From Candidatus Limiplasma sp. (GTDB taxonomy: Bacteria; Bacillota; Clostridia; Christensenellales; Aristaeellaceae): 64,000 nt of DNA. Of this stretch, positions 26,060 to 35,823 are shown piece after piece. Location: contig CAXXGW010000002.1 of assembly GCA_963666755.2 (NCBI GenBank), positions 41,606 through 105,605 of the forward strand, given 5' to 3'. The position numbers and the translations under genes are program-made. The notes under the pieces were generated by a model that saw nothing but the letters and a program-made list of their open reading frames with translations, did not search any database and was not told the origin of the DNA. The first letter of the stretch is position 1, and each line of letters starts with the position of its first letter.

Positions 26060-26805
26060 AACCGGGTCAAGGGCCGCTGGCCCTTGTCAGGTTTCCAAAG
26101 GGTGAAACCCTTTGGCCCAGCCGCAGCGAGAGTGCGCAGCGCGCGAACAGCGCCGCAGGCGCTATGAGGCGCGCGGGGAAAGCGCTTTGCTTGCATTATG
26201 GAATGTACCTTGCACCCGCCGCAACGGAACCGGGTCAAGGGCCGCTGGCCCTTGTCAGGTTTCCAAAGGGTGAAACCCTTTGGCCCAGCCGCAGCGAGCG
26301 CGCGCAGCGCGCGAACAGCGCCGCAGGCGCTATGAGGCGCGCGGGGAAAGCGCTTTGCTTGCATTATGGAATGTACCTTGCGCCCGCCGCAGCGGAACCG
26401 GGTCAAGGGCCGCTGGCCCTTGACAGGTTTCCAAAGGGTGAAACCCTTTGGCCCAGCCGCAGCGAGCGCGCGCAGCGCGCGAACAGCGCCGCAGGCGCTA
26501 TGAGGCGCGCGGGGGCGGACACCAGCCCTATGCTAGCGGTAGAAGTCGGTTAGCTACCGTATCCTTCCCCGTATAGGGCGGAACAAGGCTCTTGAATGCA
26601 ACCAACAAGGCCGGGGCGATCGCCCCGGCCTGTGCTATTTGACTTTGGAAGGGTTCAGGCCGTGAGCCGCACCCGCGCGCCTCATAGCGCCTTTGGCGCT
26701 GTTCGCGCGCTACGTTTTTAGGGTGAATCCGGGGGACGCAGGGGTTTCACCCCTGCACCCTGACAAGGGCTTTCGCCCTTGACCCTTTTCCGCTGCGGCG
26801 GGGGC
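26060..26805. repeat. A-type mosaic hairpin-module array: 3 tandem 168-bp units, central hairpin, 1 inverted variant unit
   Basis: Unit starts at 26060, 26228 and 26396 (exact 168-bp period). The central GGCCGGGGCGATCGCCCCGGCC is at 26609-26630 and the inverted variant at ~26672-26805. Confidence 0.9.
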
Positions 26806-26840
26806 TATGCAATGAACAGCTCTCTGTCCTTCTCTCCCCT

Positions 26841-27542
26841 TCAGCGGCTATACAGGCCGGTCTGCACCTCGCGGATATACGTATCAATCCGCGGTACCTG
26901 CGGGGTCGCCTGCGCATCCGACACCGCACGGGCCCGGTCATAGGGCAGCGTCAGCAGCCGTACCTCCAGCGCTGCCCCGGCATCCTGCACATCCCCCTCC
27001 AGCAGGGCATAACAGCACAGCGGCTCCCCCAGTGCGTTGCCCACGCTGCCGCAGTTAAAAAACAGCCCCGGCGTAAGCATCCGCAGCGCCTGCCGGTGCG
27101 CGTCGGCACAGCCCACGCAATCACAGCGGAAGCCGTTGCAATCGGTAAAGAAGGGGTCGATCGTCTGCGCATCATGCTGGGCGGTTACCAGCGTGCGCAT
27201 CACCGGTCGGCCGTGGAACAGCCGGATACGGCGGCCGCTCAGCGTGAGCGTCTTTTCCAGCGGCAGGTTACGCAGCGTTTCCATCCGCTTTTCGCCCAGC
27301 TGCCGCCAGTAAAAATCATCGGGCGCGTACTGGCGGTACCCCACGCCAAAATCCCAGTTGCCGCCCAGGATCAGGTCACAGTTAGCCACCGCCCAATCGA
27401 ACGTGCGGTCGCTTGAAGGGCCTTTGCCCACCAGATCCCCCAGGCAGTAGAGGCGATCCGCGCCCCGGCGGGCAAGGTCGCGCTCCAGCGCCTGGGTGGC
27501 GGGCCAGTTGCCGTGCAGGTCGGCGATCAGCGCAATGCGCAT
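26841..27542 (-). CDS. metallophosphoesterase (calcineurin-like, YfcE/MJ0936-type)
   Basis: MRIALIADLHGN…YCLGDLVGKG…GNWD… are the canonical D-x-H / GD / GN motifs. Confidence 0.8.
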   Translation of the reverse strand: MRIALIADLHGNWPATQALERDLARRGADRLYCLGDLVGKGPSSDRTFDWAVANCDLILGGNWDFGVGYRQYAPDDFYWRQLGEKRMETLRNLPLEKTLTLSGRRIRLFHGRPVMRTLVTAQHDAQTIDPFFTDCNGFRCDCVGCADAHRQALRMLTPGLFFNCGSVGNALGEPLCCYALLEGDVQDAGAALEVRLLTLPYDRARAVSDAQATPQVPRIDTYIREVQTGLYSR

Positions 27543-27568
27543 TGGGGCATCCCCTTCCGTTTGGTGTT

Positions 27569-28612
27569 TCAGCCCTTGGCGGCGTACACGGCGTTATGCA
27601 CCAGCCGCCGCACGCGGTAGATGGCGGTGGAATCCCGCGTAGGGCACACGCGGTTGGCCAGCAGAACCACATAGAGCTTCTCCTCCGGTTCCAGCGTGAC
27701 GCTGGTGCCGGTAAAGCCCGTGTGCCCAACCGTTGTGCGGGGGAACAGATCGCCGGTGTACCCATCGTCATACCACGGCAGGTAGAACCCCAGCCCCCGG
27801 GCCTGCAAAAGCCCCTCGGTGTGGTTTCGCAGCGCGAGGCGCACCGTGGGCGCCGATAAATAGCGTGTACCGTCCGGCAGCTGGCCTTCGGCGGCCAGCA
27901 TTTGCAGCCAAAGCGCCAGATCGTCCGCAGTGGAAAATACCCCGGCATTGCCCGCCGCGCCGCCCAGAAAACGGGCGTTCTCGTCATGCACCACGCCGCG
28001 CAGCAGGGTGCCGTCCGGTTGCCGCTCGGTGGGGGCGATGTTCTCGCCCGTGGGGCGGTAGCCGGTGCGCGACATGCGCAGCGGCCAGAACACTTCCTGC
28101 ACCGCCAGCTCCGAAAGCGGCTGTCCGTACAGGCATTCCAGCAGCTGCCCCAGCAGCAGGTACCCCGCGCAGCAGTATTGCACGCGTGCGCCCGGCGGCG
28201 CGGTCAGCCGCGCGTTCAGGATCAGCTCCGTCGCGCGGGCAGGGTCGTCGGTCATGCGCCACAGGTGCAGCCCGCCGGGGAAGCCCGCCGTGTGCGTCAG
28301 CAGCTGGCGGATGGTCAGCTCCCGCTTATCGGCAGGCGCCTCAATAAAGGTGCCCAGCTTATCCCACAGGCACAGTTTGCCGCTTTCCAGCGCGCGCAGG
28401 GCAAGCATGGCGGTCACCAGCGGCTTGGTGACGGACGCCAGGTCAAAGCGCGTCTGTTCGTTTGTGAGGGGCTCGTTTTCCTCGGGCCCCAGCCGTCCGT
28501 AAGCGCGGCGGAAGAGCACCTTCTCCCCCCGGCCCACCAGCAGCACCGCCGATGGAAACACCCGGTCGGTAACCGCCTGACGCATCAGCTCGTCGGCACG
28601 CGCAAAGTTCAT
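27569..28612 (-). CDS. serine hydrolase, beta-lactamase/transpeptidase-like (class C-related)
   Basis: Has the S-x-x-K motif (LASVTKPLV) and beta-lactamase family length and pattern. ATG 28612 lies 7 nt after GGAGG. The ORF track starts at GTG 28621. Confidence 0.85.
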   Translation of the reverse strand: MNFARADELMRQAVTDRVFPSAVLLVGRGEKVLFRRAYGRLGPEENEPLTNEQTRFDLASVTKPLVTAMLALRALESGKLCLWDKLGTFIEAPADKRELTIRQLLTHTAGFPGGLHLWRMTDDPARATELILNARLTAPPGARVQYCCAGYLLLGQLLECLYGQPLSELAVQEVFWPLRMSRTGYRPTGENIAPTERQPDGTLLRGVVHDENARFLGGAAGNAGVFSTADDLALWLQMLAAEGQLPDGTRYLSAPTVRLALRNHTEGLLQARGLGFYLPWYDDGYTGDLFPRTTVGHTGFTGTSVTLEPEEKLYVVLLANRVCPTRDSTAIYRVRRLVHNAVYAAKG

Positions 28613-28655
28613 CCCGCTCACCTCCGCAGGGGGTCGCCGCCAGAGCCTTCCGGCC

Positions 28656-29342
28656 TCAGGCGTTGGGTTCGGGTTCGCTCCAATGGACGCGCTCCACCCC
28701 GGGCAGGCCGCGCAAGGCGCGCCACAGGCGGCGCTTGGGGTTTACGGCCACCGGATGGGCGCACAGGCGCAGCATGGGCAGATCGCCGTAGCTGTCGCCG
28801 TAGGCGTAGGAGTTATCCACATCCAGCCGATCGCCCTTGGCAGCCAGATACTCGGCCAGCCGCAGGGCTTTCTGCACCCCGCGGCAGTTATCGCCGCACA
28901 CCTGCCCGCGAAACACGCCGTCCGCGTCAGGGTCAAAGCGGGTGGCAATCAGATCGTCCACGCCCAGCGCGGGCACCATGAACGTCAGGTAAAAGGTAGA
29001 GCTGGCCGAAACCAGCAGCGTCACGCGCCCCTCGGCCTTATGGCGGGCAATGGTTGCAAGCCCCTCGGGGCGGAGGCGCGGGCGCAGCACCGTATCGCAA
29101 AAGTCGCGGGCAATCGCCTCCACCCGCGCCGCGGGCAGCCCGGCCAGAAAGCGCAGCGCGCGCTCCTTGGCGCGCACGGCGGGGCAGAGCTTGAGGCCGT
29201 ACAGCACGGCCGTCCACAGCCCGGCCGCCAGCTGGCGGCGGCTCATCAGCCCCTTCTGAAAAGCGTAGCGGCATAAAAGCAGGATGGAATCGCCGCGGAT
29301 CAGCGTTCCGTCAAAGTCAAACAGAGCATAAGTTTTACACAT
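28656..29342 (-). CDS. HAD-IB family hydrolase (phosphoserine phosphatase-like)
   Basis: MCKTYALFDFDGTLIRGDS is HAD motif I. A later YGDSYGDLPML contains motif IV. The upstream extension to 29444 is unsupported. Confidence 0.85.
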   Translation of the reverse strand: MCKTYALFDFDGTLIRGDSILLLCRYAFQKGLMSRRQLAAGLWTAVLYGLKLCPAVRAKERALRFLAGLPAARVEAIARDFCDTVLRPRLRPEGLATIARHKAEGRVTLLVSASSTFYLTFMVPALGVDDLIATRFDPDADGVFRGQVCGDNCRGVQKALRLAEYLAAKGDRLDVDNSYAYGDSYGDLPMLRLCAHPVAVNPKRRLWRALRGLPGVERVHWSEPEPNA

Positions 29343-29550
29343 GGGGTAGCCATCCCTTCGAACCCTTTGCGCGTACGCGGGGGCACCGCGCACCTGCACC
29401 CCAGTATAGCACGCAAGGCCCCGCGTTGCCAAGCCCGCGCACAACCTGCTGTGCTTGACACTCCTGCCGGTTTGTGTTACCTTCGTGTACGGAATGGCGT
29501 TCTATTCGGCCGTATCATCCGAAGCATACCGCACGCAGGGAGGCGTTTGT

Positions 29551-31080
29551 TTGCATACTCAAGTCCGGGCCGACGGCACGCGGAGGTACGCCGTACTCTC
29601 CGTAACGGCTGGGGTCCTGCTGGTGTTGGTGTTGGGGCTATTGGTGCTCTGGCAGGAAAAGTTCCTGTTTGCCTATTCGCAGCCGTGGCTGCTTGCAAAC
29701 CGCGTGCTGTTGCCTCTGGCATTGTCGTGCATCACGCTTTTGGTTGCGCTGCGGCATTTCTGCGCGCGGCGCGCGCCCCGCTGGGGCGCCGGGCGCTGGC
29801 TGGTTGCCGTGTACTTTCTTTTCCTATTGGGGGTACAACTGGTGGTGGCCCATGCCGTGTGGTTTTATGCGGGCTGGGATGTGAGCAACGTCTACGGCGG
29901 CGCGGAGCAGCTGGCGAAGGGGCTGACCGTGGACGGCGCCTACTACCGCCTGTGCCCCAACAACGCGCCGCTGACCCTGCTGCTGGCGTTGCCCCTCTGG
30001 ATGGCAGAGTCGCTTAAACTGGCGGTGCCCTACGCGGTGTTGCCGTATCTGGGGGCCGTCCTTGCCAACCTGGCGTGTCAGCTCACGCTGGCCTGCGTAC
30101 GGCGGCTTACGCGCAGCCGCTTTGCCCGCCTTGGGGCGCTTGGGCTGTGCACGGTCTGGCTAGCGCTGAGCATGACCATGACGGTGCCCTACACCGATGT
30201 GTTCGCCCTGCTGTTCCCGGTGCTGGCCTTCTATGTCTGGCTGTCGGTCAAAGGGCCCTTTGCCAAATGGGGGCTGATCTCGCTGATCTGCTTCTTTGGC
30301 GCGTCGATTAAGCCGACCGTGCTGATTGTGGAAATCGCGCTGGTGGCTGTGAGCGCGCTGGGCACGTTCCCGCTGCGCCGTCTGGGGGCGGCGGGCGCGC
30401 GGCGCGTGGCGATCGGGCTGATTGCCCTGTTGCTGGGCGCGGTGCCCGGGCGCGTTTGGCAGGACGGCGCCACCGCCTACCTTGCGGGCAGCGCCACCCC
30501 CCAGGAGCAGCTCAGCGAAACGCATTACCTGATGATGGGCATGAACGGCACCACCTATGGCGGGCATCTGCCGGAGGATGTGGCGTACTCCACCTCGTTT
30601 GCGACGCTGGCGGAACGGCGGCAGGCGAACCTCCAGCGCGCGTGGGAGCGCGTAACCGGGCGTAATCTGGCAGAGAATCTGTATTTCTTTGCAGTCAAAA
30701 CCTATAAGGCCTTTGGGGACGGCATGCTCGCCTCCAACAACAGCTACCTGATGGAGCAAAAAACCCGCCGCGACGATCCGCTGAGCCGGTTCCTGCGGAG
30801 CGTATACTATCCAACTGGCGATCTGCATTCGCTGGCCGTGACCGTAGAGCAGACGGTATGGCTGGGCCTGCTTGCCCTGTGCGCCGTCGCCCTGCTGAGC
30901 CGCACGCGCCGCCGCCCCGCCGTGGCTGCGCTGGGGCTGACGCTGTTTGGCGCGGGCCTTTATCTGCTGCTGTTTGAGGACTGGCCGCGCTACCTGTATC
31001 TGTATGCGCCGCTTTTTATAGTGCTCGCGGCCCTGGGGCTGGAACGGCTGCGCCTGCCCCGGCGCGCCCCGCACGCCTGA
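29551..31080 (+). CDS. polytopic membrane protein, GT-C fold glycosyltransferase-like (ArnT/PMT-type)
   Basis: About 12 TMs with a large C-terminal extracytoplasmic part. The overall pattern resembles GT39/ArnT-like enzymes. TTG 29551 lies 8 nt after GGGAGG. The ORF is open from 29455. Confidence 0.5.
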   Translation: MHTQVRADGTRRYAVLSVTAGVLLVLVLGLLVLWQEKFLFAYSQPWLLANRVLLPLALSCITLLVALRHFCARRAPRWGAGRWLVAVYFLFLLGVQLVVAHAVWFYAGWDVSNVYGGAEQLAKGLTVDGAYYRLCPNNAPLTLLLALPLWMAESLKLAVPYAVLPYLGAVLANLACQLTLACVRRLTRSRFARLGALGLCTVWLALSMTMTVPYTDVFALLFPVLAFYVWLSVKGPFAKWGLISLICFFGASIKPTVLIVEIALVAVSALGTFPLRRLGAAGARRVAIGLIALLLGAVPGRVWQDGATAYLAGSATPQEQLSETHYLMMGMNGTTYGGHLPEDVAYSTSFATLAERRQANLQRAWERVTGRNLAENLYFFAVKTYKAFGDGMLASNNSYLMEQKTRRDDPLSRFLRSVYYPTGDLHSLAVTVEQTVWLGLLALCAVALLSRTRRRPAVAALGLTLFGAGLYLLLFEDWPRYLYLYAPLFIVLAALGLERLRLPRRAPHA

Positions 31081-31128
31081 GCCCCGCATTCGATGCGCGC
31101 CCCCGCGCGCCGAGAGGAGAAGACCCCC

Positions 31129-32823
31129 ATGCAAAGGCGACGCTCATGGCTAATCTGGCTGGCGGGCGCGGTGATGACCGCCGTAACGCTGGCGCTGCTG
31201 ATGCGCGCCAGCAACCTGCGCTTTGAAAACTCCGACGATGCGCTGATCCTGAAAGCCTTTATGGGGTTTGAAGGCGGCGTACCGGCCGATTTTTCCATGA
31301 ATATGCACCCGCTGCTGGCCGGTGCGCTGCACGCGCTGGCGCTGTGCAACCCTGCGGTGCCGTGGTTTTCGCTGTTTCAGGTGGGGCTGCTGCTGCTGAG
31401 CGCCACGGTGCTGGTCAAGGCCGGGTTTCAGCTGGCGCGCGGCCAGCAGTTTCCGTGGCTGGCGGGGCTGGCGGCGGGCTGCGTTACGCTTTCGGTTTGC
31501 GTCGCCTTTGTGCTGTGCCGCGTCAACCACACCACCACGGCAGCGCTGGCAGGCGCAGCGGCGGTGGCGCAAGCGCTGAGCGTGACCACGGCGCATACGC
31601 GCGGGCAGGCGGTGCGGGGCATGCTGTTATGCCTGCTGCTGGCCGCGGCGGCCTATCTGCTGCGGCTGGAAAGCGTGTGGCCCGCGCTTGCGCTGATCCT
31701 GCTGGTGTTCGGCTGGCAAGTGCTTTACCAGCCCGGCGATAAAACGCCTCACGCGCGCGGCACCGCGCTTGTAGGGACGCTTACGCTGGTATGCGTCGTC
31801 GCCGCGCTGGTGGGAACGCGCCTGTGGGTGGTGCAGGCGCGCGGGTTGCAGGCCGATCAGGATTGGCACGCGGCCCGGATCGCGCTGATGGATTACACCG
31901 ATTTTGAAACCGACCCCGCCCCGGCGCTGGCCGCCTCCGGCCCGCTGGACGCGACCGAGATAGAGCTGGCGCGGCGCTGGTTTTTCATGGACGCCGCCAT
32001 GACCACCGAGGCGCTGCAAACGCTGGCCGACGCCTATGCCGACGAGCCTGCGCCCGCGCCTGTTACGCGGCTTGCAGATTTTTTGCGCGATAACCCCCGG
32101 CAGCTGTATACGCTGGCGATTACGGCGCTGCTGTGCGCGCTGTGCTGGCTAGGCGAGCGGCGCACCCACCCCGGCGCGGCGCTCGCGGCCACGCTGGCCC
32201 TCGCGGCCGCGCTGGTGTTTCTGTTCTATCTGGCACTGCGGGGGCGGCTGCTGGCGCGCGCGGCCGACGCGGTGCTGTTGCCCGCCTTTGCGCTCACGCT
32301 GGGCCTGGCGCTGCTCAAGCCGCCAAAGCGCGGCCTCCTGCGGCGCGGGCTGGCGGCGCTGCTCCTGCTGGGCGTGCTGCTGGGCACGGGCCTGCAGGCG
32401 CGCCAGACGCGCTACGAAATCACCCGCGCGCCGGATACCGTGTCCCTCCAGCGGGAGGCCGCGCTGGAGCAGTTCGCGCTGCAAAACCCCGATCTGCTGA
32501 TTGCGCGCAGCCCCAACCTGCTGCGCGATACCCGGCTTTTGCCGGATGTGAGCGCGGGCGTGCCCGGCAACCTGATCCTCTGGGGGGATTGGGCGTGCCA
32601 CACCCCCGGCTGGTACGCCCAGCTGGCCCGCTATGGGCTGGACGGCCATGCCCTGCGCGCGCAGGATTGGCTCGGTACGCCGCTGGTGCTCGCCTCGGCC
32701 GACCCTGCCGAAACCGACGCGCTGTGCGCATGGCTCAGCCAGGCGCTGGGCATGCCCGTCGCGGCCGAACCGTTGGCGCAAGCGGACGAGTTTACCGTCT
32801 ACCGGATGGCCGCCGCACACTAA
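31129..32823 (+). CDS. large polytopic membrane protein of unknown function (possibly GT-C-like)
   Basis: MQRRRSWLIWLAGAVM… has many TMs and an Ala/Leu-rich composition. GAGGAG lies upstream of ATG 31129. No diagnostic motif recognised. Confidence 0.45.
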   Translation: MQRRRSWLIWLAGAVMTAVTLALLMRASNLRFENSDDALILKAFMGFEGGVPADFSMNMHPLLAGALHALALCNPAVPWFSLFQVGLLLLSATVLVKAGFQLARGQQFPWLAGLAAGCVTLSVCVAFVLCRVNHTTTAALAGAAAVAQALSVTTAHTRGQAVRGMLLCLLLAAAAYLLRLESVWPALALILLVFGWQVLYQPGDKTPHARGTALVGTLTLVCVVAALVGTRLWVVQARGLQADQDWHAARIALMDYTDFETDPAPALAASGPLDATEIELARRWFFMDAAMTTEALQTLADAYADEPAPAPVTRLADFLRDNPRQLYTLAITALLCALCWLGERRTHPGAALAATLALAAALVFLFYLALRGRLLARAADAVLLPAFALTLGLALLKPPKRGLLRRGLAALLLLGVLLGTGLQARQTRYEITRAPDTVSLQREAALEQFALQNPDLLIARSPNLLRDTRLLPDVSAGVPGNLILWGDWACHTPGWYAQLARYGLDGHALRAQDWLGTPLVLASADPAETDALCAWLSQALGMPVAAEPLAQADEFTVYRMAAAH

Positions 32824-32860
32824 ACCTAAGCCGACATTCCACACAGGGAGGGGACCGCGC

Positions 32861-33451
32861 ATGGAACCGGAAGCGAAGCTCGCCGTACTGGCCAGGGCCG
32901 GCCGCGCCCTGAACGCATCGCGCGCCGTATGGGCGCTGGGCGCGTCGGCGCTGCTGTACCTGCACGGCGTAACCGAGGATTTTCATGATCTGGATCTGCT
33001 GATCGACCCCGATACCGTGGGGGTCGGCACCGCGGCGCTGCTGGCCGAGGGGGCCGAACGGCGCGGCGCGCCCGCGCCCAGCGCTGTCTTCTGCACCGAG
33101 CGCTTCGAGCCGCTGCGGCTGGCCGGGGTGGATATCGACCTGCTGTGCAATTTTACCATTCGCCGCAAGGAGGCCGTGTACCGTTACGATTTTCACAGCG
33201 GGCGCATCGAGGGCGCGACCCTTGTGCAGCGCGTGCGCATCCCTCTTTGCCCGCTGGCGGACTGGTTTGTGCTCTATCAGCTGATGCCCGCCCGCGCCAA
33301 AAACGCACGGCTGATTGCCCGCCACCTGGCAAACGCGCCGGAGGGCGACAGCCGCCTGTGGCTGACGCAGTGGCTCAACAGCCGCCTGCCGGGCGAGGTG
33401 CGTGAGCGCACGCTGGCCCTGTACCAGCAGCTGCCCCATACCGTGCGCTGA
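32861..33451 (+). CDS. nucleotidyltransferase-fold protein
   Basis: GASALLYLHGVTEDFHDLDLLI fits the hG[GS]-x(9-13)-Dh[DE]h minimal NTase motif. AGGGAGGGG lies upstream of ATG 32861. Confidence 0.6.
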   Translation: MEPEAKLAVLARAGRALNASRAVWALGASALLYLHGVTEDFHDLDLLIDPDTVGVGTAALLAEGAERRGAPAPSAVFCTERFEPLRLAGVDIDLLCNFTIRRKEAVYRYDFHSGRIEGATLVQRVRIPLCPLADWFVLYQLMPARAKNARLIARHLANAPEGDSRLWLTQWLNSRLPGEVRERTLALYQQLPHTVR

Positions 33452-33492
33452 CGGCGCCCGACCCCGCCGCCCCACGCGGCGCAGGAGGCTGC

Positions 33493-34980
33493 ATGCCCAA
33501 GCTGACTATCCAACGCGGTACGCAAACCGCCGCGCTTCCCTTTACCGGCACGCCCACCCTTGCGCAGGCGCTCGCGCAGGGGCCTTTTGCGTTGCCCCAG
33601 CCCTGCGGCGGGCGCGGCACGTGCGGCAAGTGCGCGGTGCAGGCGCTCACGGGCGCGGTTTCACCCCCGACCGCGGCGGAGCGCAGGCTGGGCACACGCC
33701 TCGCCTGTCAGGCCGTGCTGCTGGGGGATTGCGCCGTAACCCTGCCCCCCGCGCAAACCTGGGCCGATGCCGAAACCGAGGCCGCCGTGCCGTCGCTGGG
33801 CACGCCCATGCCCGGCCGCTACGGCGCGGCGGTGGATCTGGGCACCACCACCGTGGCGGCGCGCGTGTTCGACCTGCAAACCGGCGCGCCGCTGGCCGCG
33901 CATACGCTGCTTAACCCGCAGACCACCGTCGCGGCGGATGTGATGGGCCGCATCACGACGGCGCTGCAAGGCGAACTTCCAACCCTGCAACGGCAGGCGC
34001 GGGAGGCGGTCATGGCCGCGATCGCGGGCGCGTGCGCACAGGCGGGCGTTGATGCCGTGCAGGCCGTGACGCTTGCGGGCAACACCACCATGCTCTACCT
34101 GCTCACGGGCCGCTCGCCGCAATCGCTCGCTACCGCCCCGTTCGCCGCGGATACCCTGTTTGGCGAGGAAACCATGCTGGCAGGCACCCCGGTCTACCTG
34201 CCGCCCTGCGCCGCTGCCTTTATCGGCGCGGATATCACCTGCGCGGCGCTGGCCGCGGGGCTGGACGAAGCGCCCGATACGGTGCTGCTGATGGATATCG
34301 GCACCAACGGCGAGCTGCTCCTGCGGCATGGGGGCCAGCTTTATGGCGCCTCTACCGCCGCTGGGCCAGCCTTTGAAGGCGGGCAGATTTCGCAGGGCTG
34401 CGGCGGTGTGCGGGGCGCGATCGACCGGGTCTGGCTGGAGGGCGGCACACTGGGCACGCATGTGATCGGCGGGGGTAAAGCCATAGGCGTATGCGGCTCC
34501 GGGCTTCTGGATGCCGTCGCGGCGCTGCTGGAAGCGGGCCGCATCGACGCAAGCGGCCAGACCGACGCGCCCGTGATCCCCCTGCGGGATAGCGTGGCGC
34601 TGACCGCCGCCGATGTGCGCGCGGTACAGCTGGCCAAGGCCGCGATTGCCGCCGGGGTGGAAAGCCTGCTGGCCGCGGCAGGGATTGGGGCCGCGCAGGT
34701 GAGCCGCGTCCTGCTGGCGGGTGGTTTCGGCAGCCGTTTGCGGGTGCAGAGCGCCGCGGCGATCGGGCTGATCCCCGCGCCGCTGGGCTCCAGGTCAAGC
34801 CCCATCGGGAATGCGGCGTTGGCGGGCGCGGCCATGCTGCTGTTGGATACCCGGCTGCGTAAGCGGGCAGAAGCGCTTGCCCGCGCGGTGCGTATTGTGC
34901 AGCTGGGCGGCGACGCGCAGTTTGAGCAGCGGTTCCTTGCGGCAATGTGCTTTCCCTGCGCCTATGATGAGGATGAGTAA
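33493..34980 (+). CDS. 2Fe-2S ferredoxin + ASKHA (DUF4445) protein, RACo-like corrinoid activation family
   Basis: N-terminal CGGRGTCGKCAV cluster motif followed by the DUF4445 pattern (AVDLGTTTVAARV…LMDIGTNGELLL…GPAFEGG…GVCGSGLLD). Confidence 0.85.
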   Translation: MPKLTIQRGTQTAALPFTGTPTLAQALAQGPFALPQPCGGRGTCGKCAVQALTGAVSPPTAAERRLGTRLACQAVLLGDCAVTLPPAQTWADAETEAAVPSLGTPMPGRYGAAVDLGTTTVAARVFDLQTGAPLAAHTLLNPQTTVAADVMGRITTALQGELPTLQRQAREAVMAAIAGACAQAGVDAVQAVTLAGNTTMLYLLTGRSPQSLATAPFAADTLFGEETMLAGTPVYLPPCAAAFIGADITCAALAAGLDEAPDTVLLMDIGTNGELLLRHGGQLYGASTAAGPAFEGGQISQGCGGVRGAIDRVWLEGGTLGTHVIGGGKAIGVCGSGLLDAVAALLEAGRIDASGQTDAPVIPLRDSVALTAADVRAVQLAKAAIAAGVESLLAAAGIGAAQVSRVLLAGGFGSRLRVQSAAAIGLIPAPLGSRSSPIGNAALAGAAMLLLDTRLRKRAEALARAVRIVQLGGDAQFEQRFLAAMCFPCAYDEDE

Positions 34981-35019
34981 ACTCTGAAGCCATCTTCACA
35001 AGGCGATCAAAATGGAGGT

Positions 35020-35660
35020 GCAGGAGGCACTGCCTCCTGCCGGGGCTTGGGCGCCGGAGGGAAGCGTGCGGCCAGTGGCCGCTTCGCCGCAGGCGAAAGC
35101 GACCCGCAGGCGGGGCGTGAAACAAGCAGGCAAACGATAGTGCAGCCTGCGACGTTTGAACGCCCGGGTCAGAACCCCAAACCCCAACGCCGCAGCGTTA
35201 CTCCCAAAGCGAGCGAACAGCGCCGCAGGCGCTATGAGGCGAGCGGCAAACACACATTGCTGTATATTTGTTTACAGTAGCATAGCAGTGCAGGAGGCAG
35301 CGCCTCCTGCCGTTTCTTGTGTGCCCAAGAGCACGCATCCCGCAGGCTAAGCGTAAAGCAAGCATGCAAATGGCAACACAGCCAAAAAGCATGAACGCCC
35401 GGGTCAGAACCCCAAACCCCAACGCCGCAGCGTTACCCCCAAAGCGAGCGAACAGCGCCGCAGGCGCTATGAGGCGAGCGGCAAAACACATTGCTGTGTA
35501 TTGTTAACAGAAGCATAGAAGTGCAGGAGGCAGCGCCTCCTGCCGTACCTTGTGTGTCCAAGAGCACACGTCCCGCAGGCGGGGCGTGAAACGAGCAGGC
35601 AAACGGCAGTGCAGCCTGCGAAGGTTGAACGCCCGCATCAGAACCCCAAACCCCAACGCC
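35020..35660. repeat. mosaic repeat array with GCAGGAGGCAG(C/T)GCCTCCTGC hairpins (three units)
   Basis: The hairpin occurs at 35020-35040, 35290-35310 and 35523-35543, and again at 45770-45790. Units combine a B-type module, CAGAACCCCAAACCCCAACGCC and GCGAGCGAACAGCGCCGCAGGCGCTATGAGGCGAGCGG. Confidence 0.85.
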
Positions 35661-35823
35661 ACAGCATAGCCCTCAAATCGCACAAGTAACGCAAAGGGAC
35701 ATGCAGTGCACTACGACCAACCCTGCCGGTTATAGTAACAAAATCGCCCGCACTGACTGGAGTGCGAGCGGTTTTTATGAATGAGGAGCCTCGTGCCATT
35801 GTGAACCCTGAATCGCGCCCTTT

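Noticed and set aside
25528-26406. ORFs running through the repeat arrays. Examples are the 292-aa minus-strand ORF here, 21809-22156, 26164-26553 and the 61237-61929 series with recurring MRRAGKALC…/…PKGFTLWKPDKGQ peptides.
   Set aside because: Their repetitiveness just mirrors the DNA repeats. Both strands give equally long ORFs, there are no RBSs, and the 292-aa ORF also overlaps the 3' end of the MBL hydrolase gene.
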